Shown piece after piece: positions 25,074 to 34,655 of a stretch of 49,828 nt of DNA. Under the pieces are notes generated by a model that was not told the origin of the DNA, did not search any database, and saw nothing but the letters and a program-made list of their open reading frames with translations. Source of the stretch: Candidatus Geohabitans tengchongensis (GTDB taxonomy: Bacteria; Sysuimicrobiota; Sysuimicrobiia; Sysuimicrobiales; Humicultoraceae); NCBI GenBank assembly GCA_031459625.1, contig JAVKIH010000001.1, positions 58,390-108,217 on the forward strand. Direction: 5' to 3'. How positions within the stretch are numbered: the stretch's first letter is position 1; every line of letters starts with the position of its first letter. The position numbers and the translations under genes were made by a program.

Positions 25074-26036
25074 GTGACGCGTGCGGAGGCGGGTGGCGGC
25101 GCCGAGCAGGGCGTAGGCGTAGCCCGCCGGGCCGCCGAGATCCTGGACGACCTGCGCCTGCTGCGGATCCGGGGCGGGAGCGCCATCGGCCGGGCGGCAT
25201 TCACCGCGCTGGCACTGGCGGCGGCGGAAGGGCCCGACGACCCCGCCGCGCTGGGTGCGCACGTGCTCGACGTGGGACGGGAGCTGCTGGCCCTGGCCCC
25301 CGTCATGGCCACCGTCGCCCGCGTCGTCCACGACGCCGAGGCCATCGTGGAGGAGGAGCTTGGCCGGGGCGCCCCCGCATCCCAGGTCCGGGCGCGCCTT
25401 CAGGCCTGGGCAGAGCGGAGCGTCCGGCGGTCTGAAGCCGACATGGCCCGCCTGGCCGAAGTGGGGGCGCGCCTCGTGGGGTCGGGACGAACGCTGGTGA
25501 CGCACAGCTTCAGCGACACCGTCCTGCGGGTCCTCACCCACGTCGCGCGCGCCGGGGCGACGGTGCGGGTGGTGGTAACCGAGTCCCGCCCCCTCTTCGA
25601 GGGCCGGCGCCTGGCCGAGGCGGTGGCGGCGCTCGGGCTGCCCTGCGAGCTGATCCCAGACGCCGCCATGGGCGTGCGGGTGCGGGGGGCGGACCTGGTC
25701 ATGGTCGGCGCGGACGCCGTCCTCCCCTCGGGGGCCTTCCTGAACAAGACCGGCACCTACCTGCTGGCGCTCGCCGCAGCGGCTGCCGGTGTCCCTGTCT
25801 ACGTGGCGGCAGAGACGACGAAGGTGGACCCGCGGGCCGCCCTGGGGTGGCCCGTGCCCGTGCCCGACCGCCCGGCGGCAGAGGTGTTGGGCGAGTGGAC
25901 GCCGCCGCCAGGGCTCATCGTCTGGAACCGCTTCTTCGAGACCACGCCGGCCAGGCTGGTGGAGGCCTTCGTCACGGAGCGCGGCGTGTTGAGCCCGGCG
26001 GCGATGGCGGCCTCGGCCCGGGCCGACGAGGCGTAA
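25074..26036 (+). CDS. eIF-2B alpha/beta/delta-like protein (ribose-1,5-bisphosphate/MTR-1-P isomerase superfamily)
   Basis: IRGG, THSFS, ESRP..EG, VGAD, NKTGT, FETTP, TERG motifs. Confidence 0.85.
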   Translation: MTRAEAGGGAEQGVGVARRAAEILDDLRLLRIRGGSAIGRAAFTALALAAAEGPDDPAALGAHVLDVGRELLALAPVMATVARVVHDAEAIVEEELGRGAPASQVRARLQAWAERSVRRSEADMARLAEVGARLVGSGRTLVTHSFSDTVLRVLTHVARAGATVRVVVTESRPLFEGRRLAEAVAALGLPCELIPDAAMGVRVRGADLVMVGADAVLPSGAFLNKTGTYLLALAAAAAGVPVYVAAETTKVDPRAALGWPVPVPDRPAAEVLGEWTPPPGLIVWNRFFETTPARLVEAFVTERGVLSPAAMAASARADEA

Positions 26037-26045
26037 CTGCGGGCG

Positions 26046-27101
26046 ATGCCGGGGGTGGACCTCTACGACCGCATCCTGGGCAGCCTGGCTGCCGGCGTGA
26101 TCGGCGACGCCATGGGCGCGGCCACGGAGCAGCGCAGCTTCGAAGAGATCGTGCGCCTCTTCGGGGGCCCGGTGCGCGAGTTCCACCGTCCGCCACCGGA
26201 CAGCCCCTTCGCGGGGGGGCGCGAGGCCGCCCAGATCACGGACGACGCGGGGCAGATGTTGGCCATGGCCCGGGCGCTGATCGAGACCGGAGGCGTCCTC
26301 AGCGTCGAGGCCGTGGCCCGTCACCTGCTGCGCTGGGCGGAGGATCCCGAGGTCTTCCGGCGGTTCGCCGGCCCCACCACGCGCGCGGCCATCGAGGCGA
26401 TGCGCGAGGGGGTCCCGCCGCTGGAAGCGGGACGGCGCGGGCGCCTCACCAGCGTGGGCACGAGCAACGGCGCGGCCATGCGGGTGGCCCCCGCCGGACT
26501 GGCGCACCCCGGTGACATCGACGGCGCGGTGCATGATGCGGTGGTGATGTGCCTGCCTACCCACGCCACCCAGCTGGCCATGGCGGGCGCGGCCGCTGTG
26601 GCCGCCGGCGTGGCCCAGGCGCTCACCCCGGACGCCGACGTCTACAGCGTGGTGCGCGCGGCCTTTGCCGGTGCGGAGCAGGGCGAGGCGTCGGGGCGGC
26701 GCGAGGGGCGGGTGGTGGCAGGGCCGTCGGTGCAGCGGCGCATGGAGCTGGCGGTGGCGCTGGCGTTGCGCCACTCCGACCTGCTGGAGGCGGTGCAGGC
26801 GATCCACGCCGTGGTGGGCAGCGGGCTGCACATTGCCGAGGCCGTCCCCGCCGCCGTGGGCGTCTTCGTGGCGGCGGGCGGGGACCCGCTGGAGGCGATC
26901 ATGGGGGCGGTGAACATCGGGGACGACACCGACACGGTGGCCATCATCGCCGGCAGCCTAGCCGGAGCGCTGCGGGGGGCCCGGGCCCTGCCGGCCGACC
27001 TCATCGAGCGCGTCGAGCGCGCCAACGCGCTCGACCTGCGCGCGGTGGCCCGCGAGCTGACGGCGCTGGCCGAGCGGGCCCGAGTCCCCAGCGCCCGCTA
27101 G
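26046..27101 (+). CDS. ADP-ribosylglycohydrolase family protein
   Basis: GDAMG, TDD, SNGAAMRVAP, THA and GDDTDT metal-binding motifs. Confidence 0.92.
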   Translation: MPGVDLYDRILGSLAAGVIGDAMGAATEQRSFEEIVRLFGGPVREFHRPPPDSPFAGGREAAQITDDAGQMLAMARALIETGGVLSVEAVARHLLRWAEDPEVFRRFAGPTTRAAIEAMREGVPPLEAGRRGRLTSVGTSNGAAMRVAPAGLAHPGDIDGAVHDAVVMCLPTHATQLAMAGAAAVAAGVAQALTPDADVYSVVRAAFAGAEQGEASGRREGRVVAGPSVQRRMELAVALALRHSDLLEAVQAIHAVVGSGLHIAEAVPAAVGVFVAAGGDPLEAIMGAVNIGDDTDTVAIIAGSLAGALRGARALPADLIERVERANALDLRAVARELTALAERARVPSAR

Positions 27102-27202
27102 GGCGCTGCGGGCCGTCCGTGACCGTACCGTGGCGGGCGGTTCGGGAGGGGAGGTGAGAGGGGTCTCGTCGTCTAGGCGGAGGAGGGAAGGAGGTCGAGA
27201 CG

Positions 27203-28591
27203 ATGTGGGTGCGAGTGTGGGGAGGCCTCACGGCCCTGCTCGTCGCCGTGGTCGCCGGTGCGCTGGTGGCGAGCACGGTGCTGCCGGTCCGGGCGTCCCC
27301 CCGACAGGCTGAGGAGGCGGCCGCGGCCGGCGGGGCGGTGGCGCAGGCGGCGCGGCCGCGCGTCGTGCTCAAGTTCCTGACCATCACCGACGACGCCCAG
27401 ATCAACGCCTGGAAGGAGATCCTCCAGGAGTTCCGCAAGATCGAGGGCGGGAAGTGGGCCCACGTGGACCTGGCCTTCGAGTCGGTGCCGTTCCAGGACC
27501 TCTTCCCCAAGATCGAGAGCGCTGTGGCCGCGGGCGCCCAGATGGACCTGGTGCAGTCCGATGGCCCCGACATGAAGCACTACGCCTTCTACCGCAGCCT
27601 GGTGCCGCTGGGCCGCTACTTCACCCCGGAGGAGCTCAAGCAGTGGCTGCCGCAGTCCGTCGAGGAAGGCAGCTTCCGCGGCGTGCTCTACGGCCCGCCG
27701 ATGATGCAGTCCTGCTCACTGATGATGTACAACCGACAGATGACCGACGCCGCCGGCATCAAGCCGCCCACGACGCTGGGGCGGAGCTGGACGATGCGCC
27801 AGGCGCTCACCGCGTGGCAGAAGACCACCCGCCGCCCCGCCGGCTCCAGCGTCCCCACGGTGTGGGGGCTGCGCTGGGGGCAGGGGACGTGGGTCGGCGA
27901 CTACGAGCACGGGATCTTCCGGCGGTCGAACGGGGCCAAGGGGTCCAAGACCTTCCAGGGCATGGGCCCGGACGGGGTTACCTTCGTCGGCTACTTCGAC
28001 ACGCCCGAGGCCGTCGAGGCGATGCAGTTCTACCAGGACCTGCACCGCCGCTACCGGGTGACGCCCATCGAGCCGATCCCGCAGATCTTCGAGACGCGCA
28101 AGGCCGCCTTCATGGTGACGCCCGACAACCGCATCGGGGAGCTCAACCGCCTCTACGGGGAAGGGAAGTTCCCCTGGGGCGTGACCGGCATCCCCTACTT
28201 TAAGACCCAGCTCTGCCACACCGGGAGCTGGCACTACGGGATCTCGCCGAACACGCGCCACCTGGAGGAGGCGGTGGCATTCGTGAAGTTCGCCAGCAGC
28301 GACGCGGGGGCGCGCATCTGGTACAAGCACGTGCGCCAGCTCCCCGCCAACGTCAACCTGCTCAACAGCCTGCCCGAATACCGGCCGGGCGGGCGGCAGC
28401 ACATGTGGTTCGAGGCGATGCAGCGGATCGGGGTGCCGCGCATCCAGACCCCCGGCTACACCGAGTACCAGCAGGTCTTCGCCGAAGTGACCCTCAACAT
28501 CATCGCCGGCGCCGACGTCGCCCAGCAGATGAAGGCCGGAGCCCAGCGCATCCAGGGCCTGCTGGCCAAGTACCGGGGCTGGAACCGCTAG
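27203..28591 (+). CDS. Carbohydrate (CUT1) ABC transporter substrate-binding protein
   Basis: Signal peptide, 462 aa, SBP-like YN motif; followed by two permeases. Confidence 0.85.
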   Translation: MWVRVWGGLTALLVAVVAGALVASTVLPVRASPRQAEEAAAAGGAVAQAARPRVVLKFLTITDDAQINAWKEILQEFRKIEGGKWAHVDLAFESVPFQDLFPKIESAVAAGAQMDLVQSDGPDMKHYAFYRSLVPLGRYFTPEELKQWLPQSVEEGSFRGVLYGPPMMQSCSLMMYNRQMTDAAGIKPPTTLGRSWTMRQALTAWQKTTRRPAGSSVPTVWGLRWGQGTWVGDYEHGIFRRSNGAKGSKTFQGMGPDGVTFVGYFDTPEAVEAMQFYQDLHRRYRVTPIEPIPQIFETRKAAFMVTPDNRIGELNRLYGEGKFPWGVTGIPYFKTQLCHTGSWHYGISPNTRHLEEAVAFVKFASSDAGARIWYKHVRQLPANVNLLNSLPEYRPGGRQHMWFEAMQRIGVPRIQTPGYTEYQQVFAEVTLNIIAGADVAQQMKAGAQRIQGLLAKYRGWNR

Positions 28592-28597
28592 CCCCAC

Positions 28598-28628
28598 GCG
28601 CGGGGCCGCCCACGGGGCGGCCCCGCGC
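28598..28628. other. Perfect 14-bp GC hairpin after the SBP gene (likely mRNA-stabilising element)
   Basis: GCGCGGGGCCGCCC-ACG-GGGCGGCCCCGCGC, no U-tract. Confidence 0.7.
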
Positions 28629-28661
28629 ACCGCGGAGGAGCGCACGCGCCCAGAGGGCCAG

Positions 28662-29579
28662 GTGAGCGTCGCCACGCCCGCCCTCCCCGTCCCGCGCCGG
28701 TGGTGGACCGCCCGCCGCCGCGGCTACCTACTGGCCTTCCTGTTCATCGCCCCCGCCCTGGTGAACTTCCTCGTCTTCCGCTACCTGCCGATCCTGGCGG
28801 CGCTGCGGTCGAGCCTCTGGCAGTACAGCCTGCTGGGCGGGTACGGGACGTTCATCGGTCTGGGCGCTTACGGGCGCATGCTCGAGGACCCGATCTTCTG
28901 GACCTCGCTGCGGGTGACCGCGCTCTACGTCCTGCTCAAGGTGCCGGCGCAGGTGGCGCTCAGCCTGCTCTTCGCCGTCCTGCTCCAGCGGGAGACGCGC
29001 TTCGCCGCCCTGGTCCGCTCGGCCGTCTTCGCCCCCGTGGTGGCCTCCATCGTCGTCGTCTCGGTGATCTGGGCGCTGATGTACCACGTGCAGCTGGGGC
29101 TGCTGAACAGCATCCTCACCAGCCTGGGCCTGCCGCGGATCGCCTTCCTCTCCAACCCGCAGCTGGCGCTCGTGGCCATTGTCGTCATGATGGTCTGGAA
29201 GGAGCTCGGCTTCAGCATGATCATCCTCATGGCGGGGCTGAAGGGCATCCCCGACATGTTCTACGAGGCGGCACGCATCGACGGGGCCAGCCCCTGGCAG
29301 CAGTTCCGGGCCATCACCCTGCCCCTGCTGCGCCGGGTGCTGATGTTCGTCCTCGTCACCCAGACGATCTTCTCCTTCCAGGTCTTCGTCCCCGTCTACA
29401 CCATGACCCGCGGCGGGCCGCTGGACGCGACGAAGGTCATCGTCTACTACATCTACCAGAACGGCTTCCTCTTCCAGGACATGGGGTACGCCGCGGCCAT
29501 CTCCATGGTGACGCTGGCCATCCTGCTGGTGGTGAGCGGCGTGCAGATGCGGCTGCTGCGCAGCGAGGTGGAGTACTGA
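28662..29579 (+). CDS. Carbohydrate ABC permease (MalF/UgpA-like)
   Basis: EAA loop YEAARIDGA, ITLPLL, TRGGP, MGYAAA. Confidence 0.92.
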   Translation: MSVATPALPVPRRWWTARRRGYLLAFLFIAPALVNFLVFRYLPILAALRSSLWQYSLLGGYGTFIGLGAYGRMLEDPIFWTSLRVTALYVLLKVPAQVALSLLFAVLLQRETRFAALVRSAVFAPVVASIVVVSVIWALMYHVQLGLLNSILTSLGLPRIAFLSNPQLALVAIVVMMVWKELGFSMIILMAGLKGIPDMFYEAARIDGASPWQQFRAITLPLLRRVLMFVLVTQTIFSFQVFVPVYTMTRGGPLDATKVIVYYIYQNGFLFQDMGYAAAISMVTLAILLVVSGVQMRLLRSEVEY

Positions 29580-30523
29580 TGTCCTCCGGGCCTGTGGCCG
29601 AAGCCCGCGCGGTCCTGCCGGCCCGGCGAGGGGCGGGGACGGCGGCGTTCCTGGCCCGCTGGGCGCGCGCGGCCGGGCGGGACTGGTGGTGGTACCTCAC
29701 CGGGGTCGTCATCCTGGTCCTCTACGTCACGCCCTTCGCCTGGATGATCCTGGGGAGCCTGCGGCGGGAAGTGGAGATCTTCGAGTACACCTACCCGCTG
29801 ACCTGGCGCACCTTCGTCCCCGTGGAGTGGACGCTGAAGAACTTCCTCGACGTGCTCGGTCTCTCCCCGGAGGGGCGGGCCTTCGGGCTGAACTTCGGCC
29901 GGGCCCTGGCGGTGACGGCCTTCGTCTCGGCGGCCGTCGTACTCAGCTCGCTGGTGGTGAACACCATGGGCGCCTACTTCTTCGCCCGCCTGGACTTCCC
30001 GCGCAAGGAGGCGCTGCTGCTCGTCGTCATCGCCACCATGCTCATCCCCTTCGAGGCAGTGATGGTGCCGCTCTACATCGTCGTGCGGGCGCTGGGGGTG
30101 CAGGACACGGTGTGGGCCCTCGTCCTCCCCTGGTACGCCAGTCCCTTCGTCATCTTCGCCCTGGTTCAGTTCTTCAAGGAGATCCCGCGGGAGCTGGACG
30201 AGGCCGCCATCATCGACGGGGCCTCCTTCTTCGGGGTGCTGCGCCACGTCATCGTCCCCAACGCCGTCCCCGGGCTGGTGACCACGGCGCTGCTGGAGTT
30301 CCAGTTCATCTGGAACCTCTTCTACTGGCCGCTCATCGCCGTGGGGCGCAAGGAGCTGCAGACGATCCAGGTGGCCATCGCCCAGCAGACGACGCAGACG
30401 CAGATCTACTGGGGGCGCATCTTCGCCGGCTCGGTGCTGGCCTCGGTCCCCATCATCCTCCTCTTCCTCCTGATGCAGCGCTACTACGTCCGCGGCGTCG
30501 TCCTCTCCGGGGTCAAGGGGTAG
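29579..30523 (+). CDS. Carbohydrate ABC permease (MalG/UgpE-like)
   Basis: YFFARLDFP, IPRELDEAAIIDGA, WN..WPL, QRYYVRG...SGVKG. Confidence 0.92.
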   Translation: MSSGPVAEARAVLPARRGAGTAAFLARWARAAGRDWWWYLTGVVILVLYVTPFAWMILGSLRREVEIFEYTYPLTWRTFVPVEWTLKNFLDVLGLSPEGRAFGLNFGRALAVTAFVSAAVVLSSLVVNTMGAYFFARLDFPRKEALLLVVIATMLIPFEAVMVPLYIVVRALGVQDTVWALVLPWYASPFVIFALVQFFKEIPRELDEAAIIDGASFFGVLRHVIVPNAVPGLVTTALLEFQFIWNLFYWPLIAVGRKELQTIQVAIAQQTTQTQIYWGRIFAGSVLASVPIILLFLLMQRYYVRGVVLSGVKG

Positions 30524-30526
30524 GCC

Positions 30527-31483
30527 ATGGCCCCCCGGCGGGTGCTCATCGACACCGACCCCGGCGTGGACGACACCATGGCCATCCTCCTGGCCCTGGC
30601 CTCGCCCGAGGTCGTGGTGGAGGGCCTCACGGTGGTCTACGGCAACACCGACGCGGAGCAGTGCGCCCGCAACGCCCTGGCCGTGCTGGAGGTGGCGGGC
30701 CGGCCCGACCTGCCGGTGGCGGTGGGCGCCCGGCGCCCCCTCCTGCGGCCCTACACCGGCCGCGGCCGGCAGGTGCACGGGGCGGACGGACTGGGGGAGA
30801 CCGGCCTCGGGGCCGGCCGGCCCGTCCCCGAGGGGAACGCCGTGGAGTTCCTCATCGCCCGCGCCCGGGAGGCCCCGGGCGAGCTGACGGTGCTGGCGCT
30901 GGGCCCGCTGACCACCCTGGCCCTGGCCGTGAGCGTGGAGCCGCGCCTGGCGCAGTGGGTGCGCGAGGTGGTCCTCATGGGCGGCGGGGTGCGCGAACGG
31001 GGGAACGCCACCCCCGTGGCCGAGGCGAACTTCCACAACGACGCCGAGAGCGCCCGCATCGTCCTCCACGCCGGCTGGCCGGTCACCATGGTGGGGCTGG
31101 ACGTTACCCACCGCGTGATCATGACGCCGGCGCACCTGGCGCGGCTGGCCGCCGCCCGCACGCCGGTGACCGAGCTGATCGGGGCGATCACCCCCTTCTA
31201 CCTGCGCGCCGCCCGCCAGTTCGCCGGCATCGACGGGTTCTTCGTGCACGACCCCACCGCCGTCACCTACCTGCTCCGCCCCGAGTGGTTCACCACGCAG
31301 GAGCTCTACGTCGACGTGGTCACCGACAGCGAGCGGGCGCGCGGCCAGACCATCGCGGACTTCCGCGGGCAGTGGGGACAGCCGCCCAACGTGCGTGTCT
31401 GCCTGGAGGTGGACGCGGAGCGCGAGCTGGCCCTCTACCTCGAGCGGGTGACCGCCTACCGCCCGGGTGCCGCCCCGTCATGA
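30527..31483 (+). CDS. Nucleoside hydrolase (IU-NH family) 1
   Basis: DTDPGVDD, VHGADGLG, GPLT, MGG, AEANF, HDP. Confidence 0.93.
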   Translation: MAPRRVLIDTDPGVDDTMAILLALASPEVVVEGLTVVYGNTDAEQCARNALAVLEVAGRPDLPVAVGARRPLLRPYTGRGRQVHGADGLGETGLGAGRPVPEGNAVEFLIARAREAPGELTVLALGPLTTLALAVSVEPRLAQWVREVVLMGGGVRERGNATPVAEANFHNDAESARIVLHAGWPVTMVGLDVTHRVIMTPAHLARLAAARTPVTELIGAITPFYLRAARQFAGIDGFFVHDPTAVTYLLRPEWFTTQELYVDVVTDSERARGQTIADFRGQWGQPPNVRVCLEVDAERELALYLERVTAYRPGAAPS

Positions 31484-31537
31484 GCGAGAGCCCTGCCGTC
31501 GCCCGGCCATGACCCGCGCCCTTGCCCGCCCCTGGCT

Positions 31538-32494
31538 ATGACCGGCGTCCCCGCCGTGGAGACCCGCGGCCTCACCCGGCGCTACGGCGACCTGGTGGCG
31601 GTGCGCGACCTGGACCTGCGCGTGGAGGTCGGGGAGATCTACGGCTTCCTCGGGCCCAACGGGGCCGGGAAGACGACGACGCTGCTCATGCTGCTCGGGG
31701 TGGTCGCCCCCTCGGCCGGGCGGGTCTTTCTGTGGGGGCGGCCGCTCGAGGCCGACCCGCTGGGCCTGCGCGCCCGCATCGGGGTCGTCGGGGAGCACGA
31801 CTACGTCCACGACCACCTGACCGGCGAGGAGTACCTGCGCTTCTTCGCCGCGCTCTACGGCGTGCCCGACCCCGCCGCCCGCGTTGGCGCCCTGCTGGAG
31901 CGCCTGGGGTTGTGGGAGTTCCGCCGCCTGTGCGCGCGTGACTACTCCCGCGGCATGGCGCAGAAGCTGGCGCTGGCGCGGGCCCTGCTGCACCGGCCGG
32001 CGCTGCTGATCCTGGACGAACCGGTCTCCGGCCTCGACCCGCAGGGGGTGGTGGAGGTGCGGCGGCTCCTCCTGGAGCTGAACGAGGCCGGGGTGACCAT
32101 CCTCATCTCCTCTCACCTCCTCTCCGAGGTCGAGCGCACCGCCCACCGGGTCGGGATCATGCACCGCGGCCGCCTGCTGCGGCAGGGGCCGCTGTCGGCC
32201 CTACGCCTGGAGGGCGGCCGGGCCGTGGAGATCGAGGTGGCCCACCCCGCGCCGCACCTGGGCACGGTACTGGCGGCGCTGCCCTACGTCGGGCGCGTGG
32301 AGAGCGAGGGTCGGCGGCTGCTCGTCACCACGCTGGACGGGGAGGACCGGCGGGCGGCGCTCTCCCGGGCCGTGGCTGACGCCGGCGGGGTGATCGTGGG
32401 GATGCGCGTGCGTGAGCGGACGCTAGAGGAGACCTTCTTGCAGGTGACGGAGGCCGACGTCGACCGATGGGCATCCTCGCCTCCCGGCGGGTGA
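31538..32494 (+). CDS. ABC-2-type (exporter-like) ATP-binding protein
   Basis: GPNGAGKTT, YSRGM signature, LDEP, SSHLL, TLEETFL. Confidence 0.9.
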   Translation: MTGVPAVETRGLTRRYGDLVAVRDLDLRVEVGEIYGFLGPNGAGKTTTLLMLLGVVAPSAGRVFLWGRPLEADPLGLRARIGVVGEHDYVHDHLTGEEYLRFFAALYGVPDPAARVGALLERLGLWEFRRLCARDYSRGMAQKLALARALLHRPALLILDEPVSGLDPQGVVEVRRLLLELNEAGVTILISSHLLSEVERTAHRVGIMHRGRLLRQGPLSALRLEGGRAVEIEVAHPAPHLGTVLAALPYVGRVESEGRRLLVTTLDGEDRRAALSRAVADAGGVIVGMRVRERTLEETFLQVTEADVDRWASSPPGG

Positions 32495-33336
32495 TCCCCG
32501 CCGCCCCGGATCGGTGGCTGCGCTGGCCGCCTGTCGCGGCGATGGTCCGCCTCGACCTGCTGACGGCCCTCACCAGCCTCACCCCTTACGCCACGGCCGC
32601 GGCGGTGCTGGCCCTGGCCGCCCTGCTGCTGCAGAACGACCTGCACCGGATCCGTGAGGACGGCCTGCTCGTGCGCGGGGAGCCCTTCACCCTGCCGCTG
32701 GCGGCGGCGGGGGTGCTGCTGGCCGTCGTCCTGGCCACCTGGGCGGCGCTGGCGGTGGCGCGCGACCGCGAGCAGGGCGCGGTGGAGCTGCTCTGCTACG
32801 GTCCCGTCAGCCCGGCGGCCTACCTGCTGGCGCGGCTGGCCGGCCTGACGCTGCTGGCCGCCGTCCTCCTCCTCGTCGTGCTGGGAGGCTTCGCGCTGCT
32901 CAGCGCGGCCACGGGGTTGCACCTGGGCCCGCGGGCGGTGCTGGTCCTCCTGCTGACCATCGGCCCGCTGGCCGGCGCCGCCGCGCTCGGGCTCGCCGTG
33001 GCGGGCGCGGTGCGCCGGGCGCGGCCGGCCGTGCTGGCTGTGCTGGCGCTGGCCCTGGCGGGTGTGGGGCTGCAGGTCGCCCACGAGGTGCTGGCCCGCC
33101 TCCCCACGCCGGACTTCCACGTCAGCCCGGTCCAGGTGGTGCGCTGGACGGCGTTCCTGCTGTCACGGGTGACGGGATGGGCCCTGCCCTTCGGCTATGT
33201 CGACCGGCTGATGGCCGCGGTGCTGCGCGGGGATGCCGCGCAGGCCCTTCCCGCCGCCCTGGCTCCCTGGCTCTACACCGCGGTGTTGTTGGCTGTCGGG
33301 ACCATCGCGCTGGAGCGCACCGGGGTGCGGCGGTGA
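32491..33336 (+). CDS. ABC-2-type permease
   Basis: About 6 TM segments, ARDREQG..ELL..PVS motif; GTGA overlap with the ATPase. Confidence 0.78.
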   Translation: MIPAAPDRWLRWPPVAAMVRLDLLTALTSLTPYATAAAVLALAALLLQNDLHRIREDGLLVRGEPFTLPLAAAGVLLAVVLATWAALAVARDREQGAVELLCYGPVSPAAYLLARLAGLTLLAAVLLLVVLGGFALLSAATGLHLGPRAVLVLLLTIGPLAGAAALGLAVAGAVRRARPAVLAVLALALAGVGLQVAHEVLARLPTPDFHVSPVQVVRWTAFLLSRVTGWALPFGYVDRLMAAVLRGDAAQALPAALAPWLYTAVLLAVGTIALERTGVRR

Positions 33337-34655
33337 GGCGGCTTCCCCTCGCCCGGTGCCTGGCGGCTGTGGTCCTGGCCTGTCTGGTGGGCGCGGGGGC
33401 GGCGGCGGCCCAGGTCCCGCGCCGGGAACACCGCTTCGTCTACGGCGTGAACGCCTTCGCCTGGGACGGGTACGTCGGCGGCCTGTCGGCGCTGCCGGGG
33501 TATGCCATCTACCTGCTGGCGGGGCGGCCCAGCGTCGTGGGCGCGCGGGAGACCCTCGTCTACTACTGGCCCATCACCGGCGAATACCGGGCGGACTGGG
33601 ACACGATGAACGTGCCGGTGGCCGGCACGCTGGAGGTGTGGGAGGGCAGCCGGCTGGTGCGACAGCTGAGGCCGCTGCCCTACGTCATCCAGTACCCCGA
33701 CGGCCCCGACGGCCGCTCGGTCCTCTACGTGGGGGCGGAGGCGCACCGCCGCTACCAGGCCTTCGTGCGCGGTCGAGCGCGCTACCGCGACGCCCTCTGG
33801 CGGTACAGCGAGGCCAGGCGGCGGTACCTCGAGGCTCTCGACCGGGCCGTCCAGCTCCGGCGGCGCGGCGGCCGCCTGCAGGTGCCGCAGCCGCCGCCTG
33901 AGCCCCCACCCTTCCGCCTGTACAGTACGGAGGTCCACCAGGGCTTCGTGCTGGACCTGCCGCCGGGACGCTACCGGATCCGGCTGCGCACGCCGCAGGG
34001 GATCGTCCGCCCGCAGAGCGAGCGGACCGTGGTGGTCTTCACCCACCGACGCCAGGGGGTCGCCTTCACCATCGTGCCGCAGCGGCGGTGGACCGTCCCC
34101 GAGCGTGCGGACGACGGCGGCGGGACGATCTACGCCCGGCGCGGTGAGGTCCTCTACCTCCAGCCCCACGCCGCCCGGGATTACCCGGACCTGGCCTACG
34201 CGCGCCTGCTCGACCCTCAGAGCCGCGACGGGCGGCCCGACGGGTGGCGCTGGGTCCACACCGCGCCGATCACCCGCGCCCGCCTCGAGGTCGTCGGGTC
34301 GGCGGGGCGCACCACGGTCGAGCTGCGGCCCTACCGGGTGGTCCAGGTGCCGGGAGCGGCCCTGGGCTACGAGGTGCGGGCACCGCGTCGCGGACAGCCT
34401 GCCGACTTCCACGGCTTCGCCGTCACCGCCGAGGGGCGGCTGCGCCTGCGGCTGCTCGACCCGTCCGGCCGCCCCTACCCCGGCAGTGACCGGTACGTCC
34501 GCGTCCCGGTGACGGCGCCCGCCTCCGTCTTCTTCCTGGTCCCGCTCATCCCGCTCACCCTGGGCGCCGCCGTGGTGGCCTGGCGGCGAGAACAGCTCGG
34601 AGCCTGGCGGCGGGAGCCCGCAGGCCGGTCCCGGACGCGCGGTGAGGTGCGGTGA
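33333..34655 (+). CDS. Hypothetical exported protein with C-terminal membrane anchor
   Basis: Signal peptide ending AAAA-Q, Tyr/Trp-rich body, TM FFLVPLIPLTLGAAVVAW; GTGA overlaps at both ends. Confidence 0.75.
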   Translation: MRRLPLARCLAAVVLACLVGAGAAAAQVPRREHRFVYGVNAFAWDGYVGGLSALPGYAIYLLAGRPSVVGARETLVYYWPITGEYRADWDTMNVPVAGTLEVWEGSRLVRQLRPLPYVIQYPDGPDGRSVLYVGAEAHRRYQAFVRGRARYRDALWRYSEARRRYLEALDRAVQLRRRGGRLQVPQPPPEPPPFRLYSTEVHQGFVLDLPPGRYRIRLRTPQGIVRPQSERTVVVFTHRRQGVAFTIVPQRRWTVPERADDGGGTIYARRGEVLYLQPHAARDYPDLAYARLLDPQSRDGRPDGWRWVHTAPITRARLEVVGSAGRTTVELRPYRVVQVPGAALGYEVRAPRRGQPADFHGFAVTAEGRLRLRLLDPSGRPYPGSDRYVRVPVTAPASVFFLVPLIPLTLGAAVVAWRREQLGAWRREPAGRSRTRGEVR

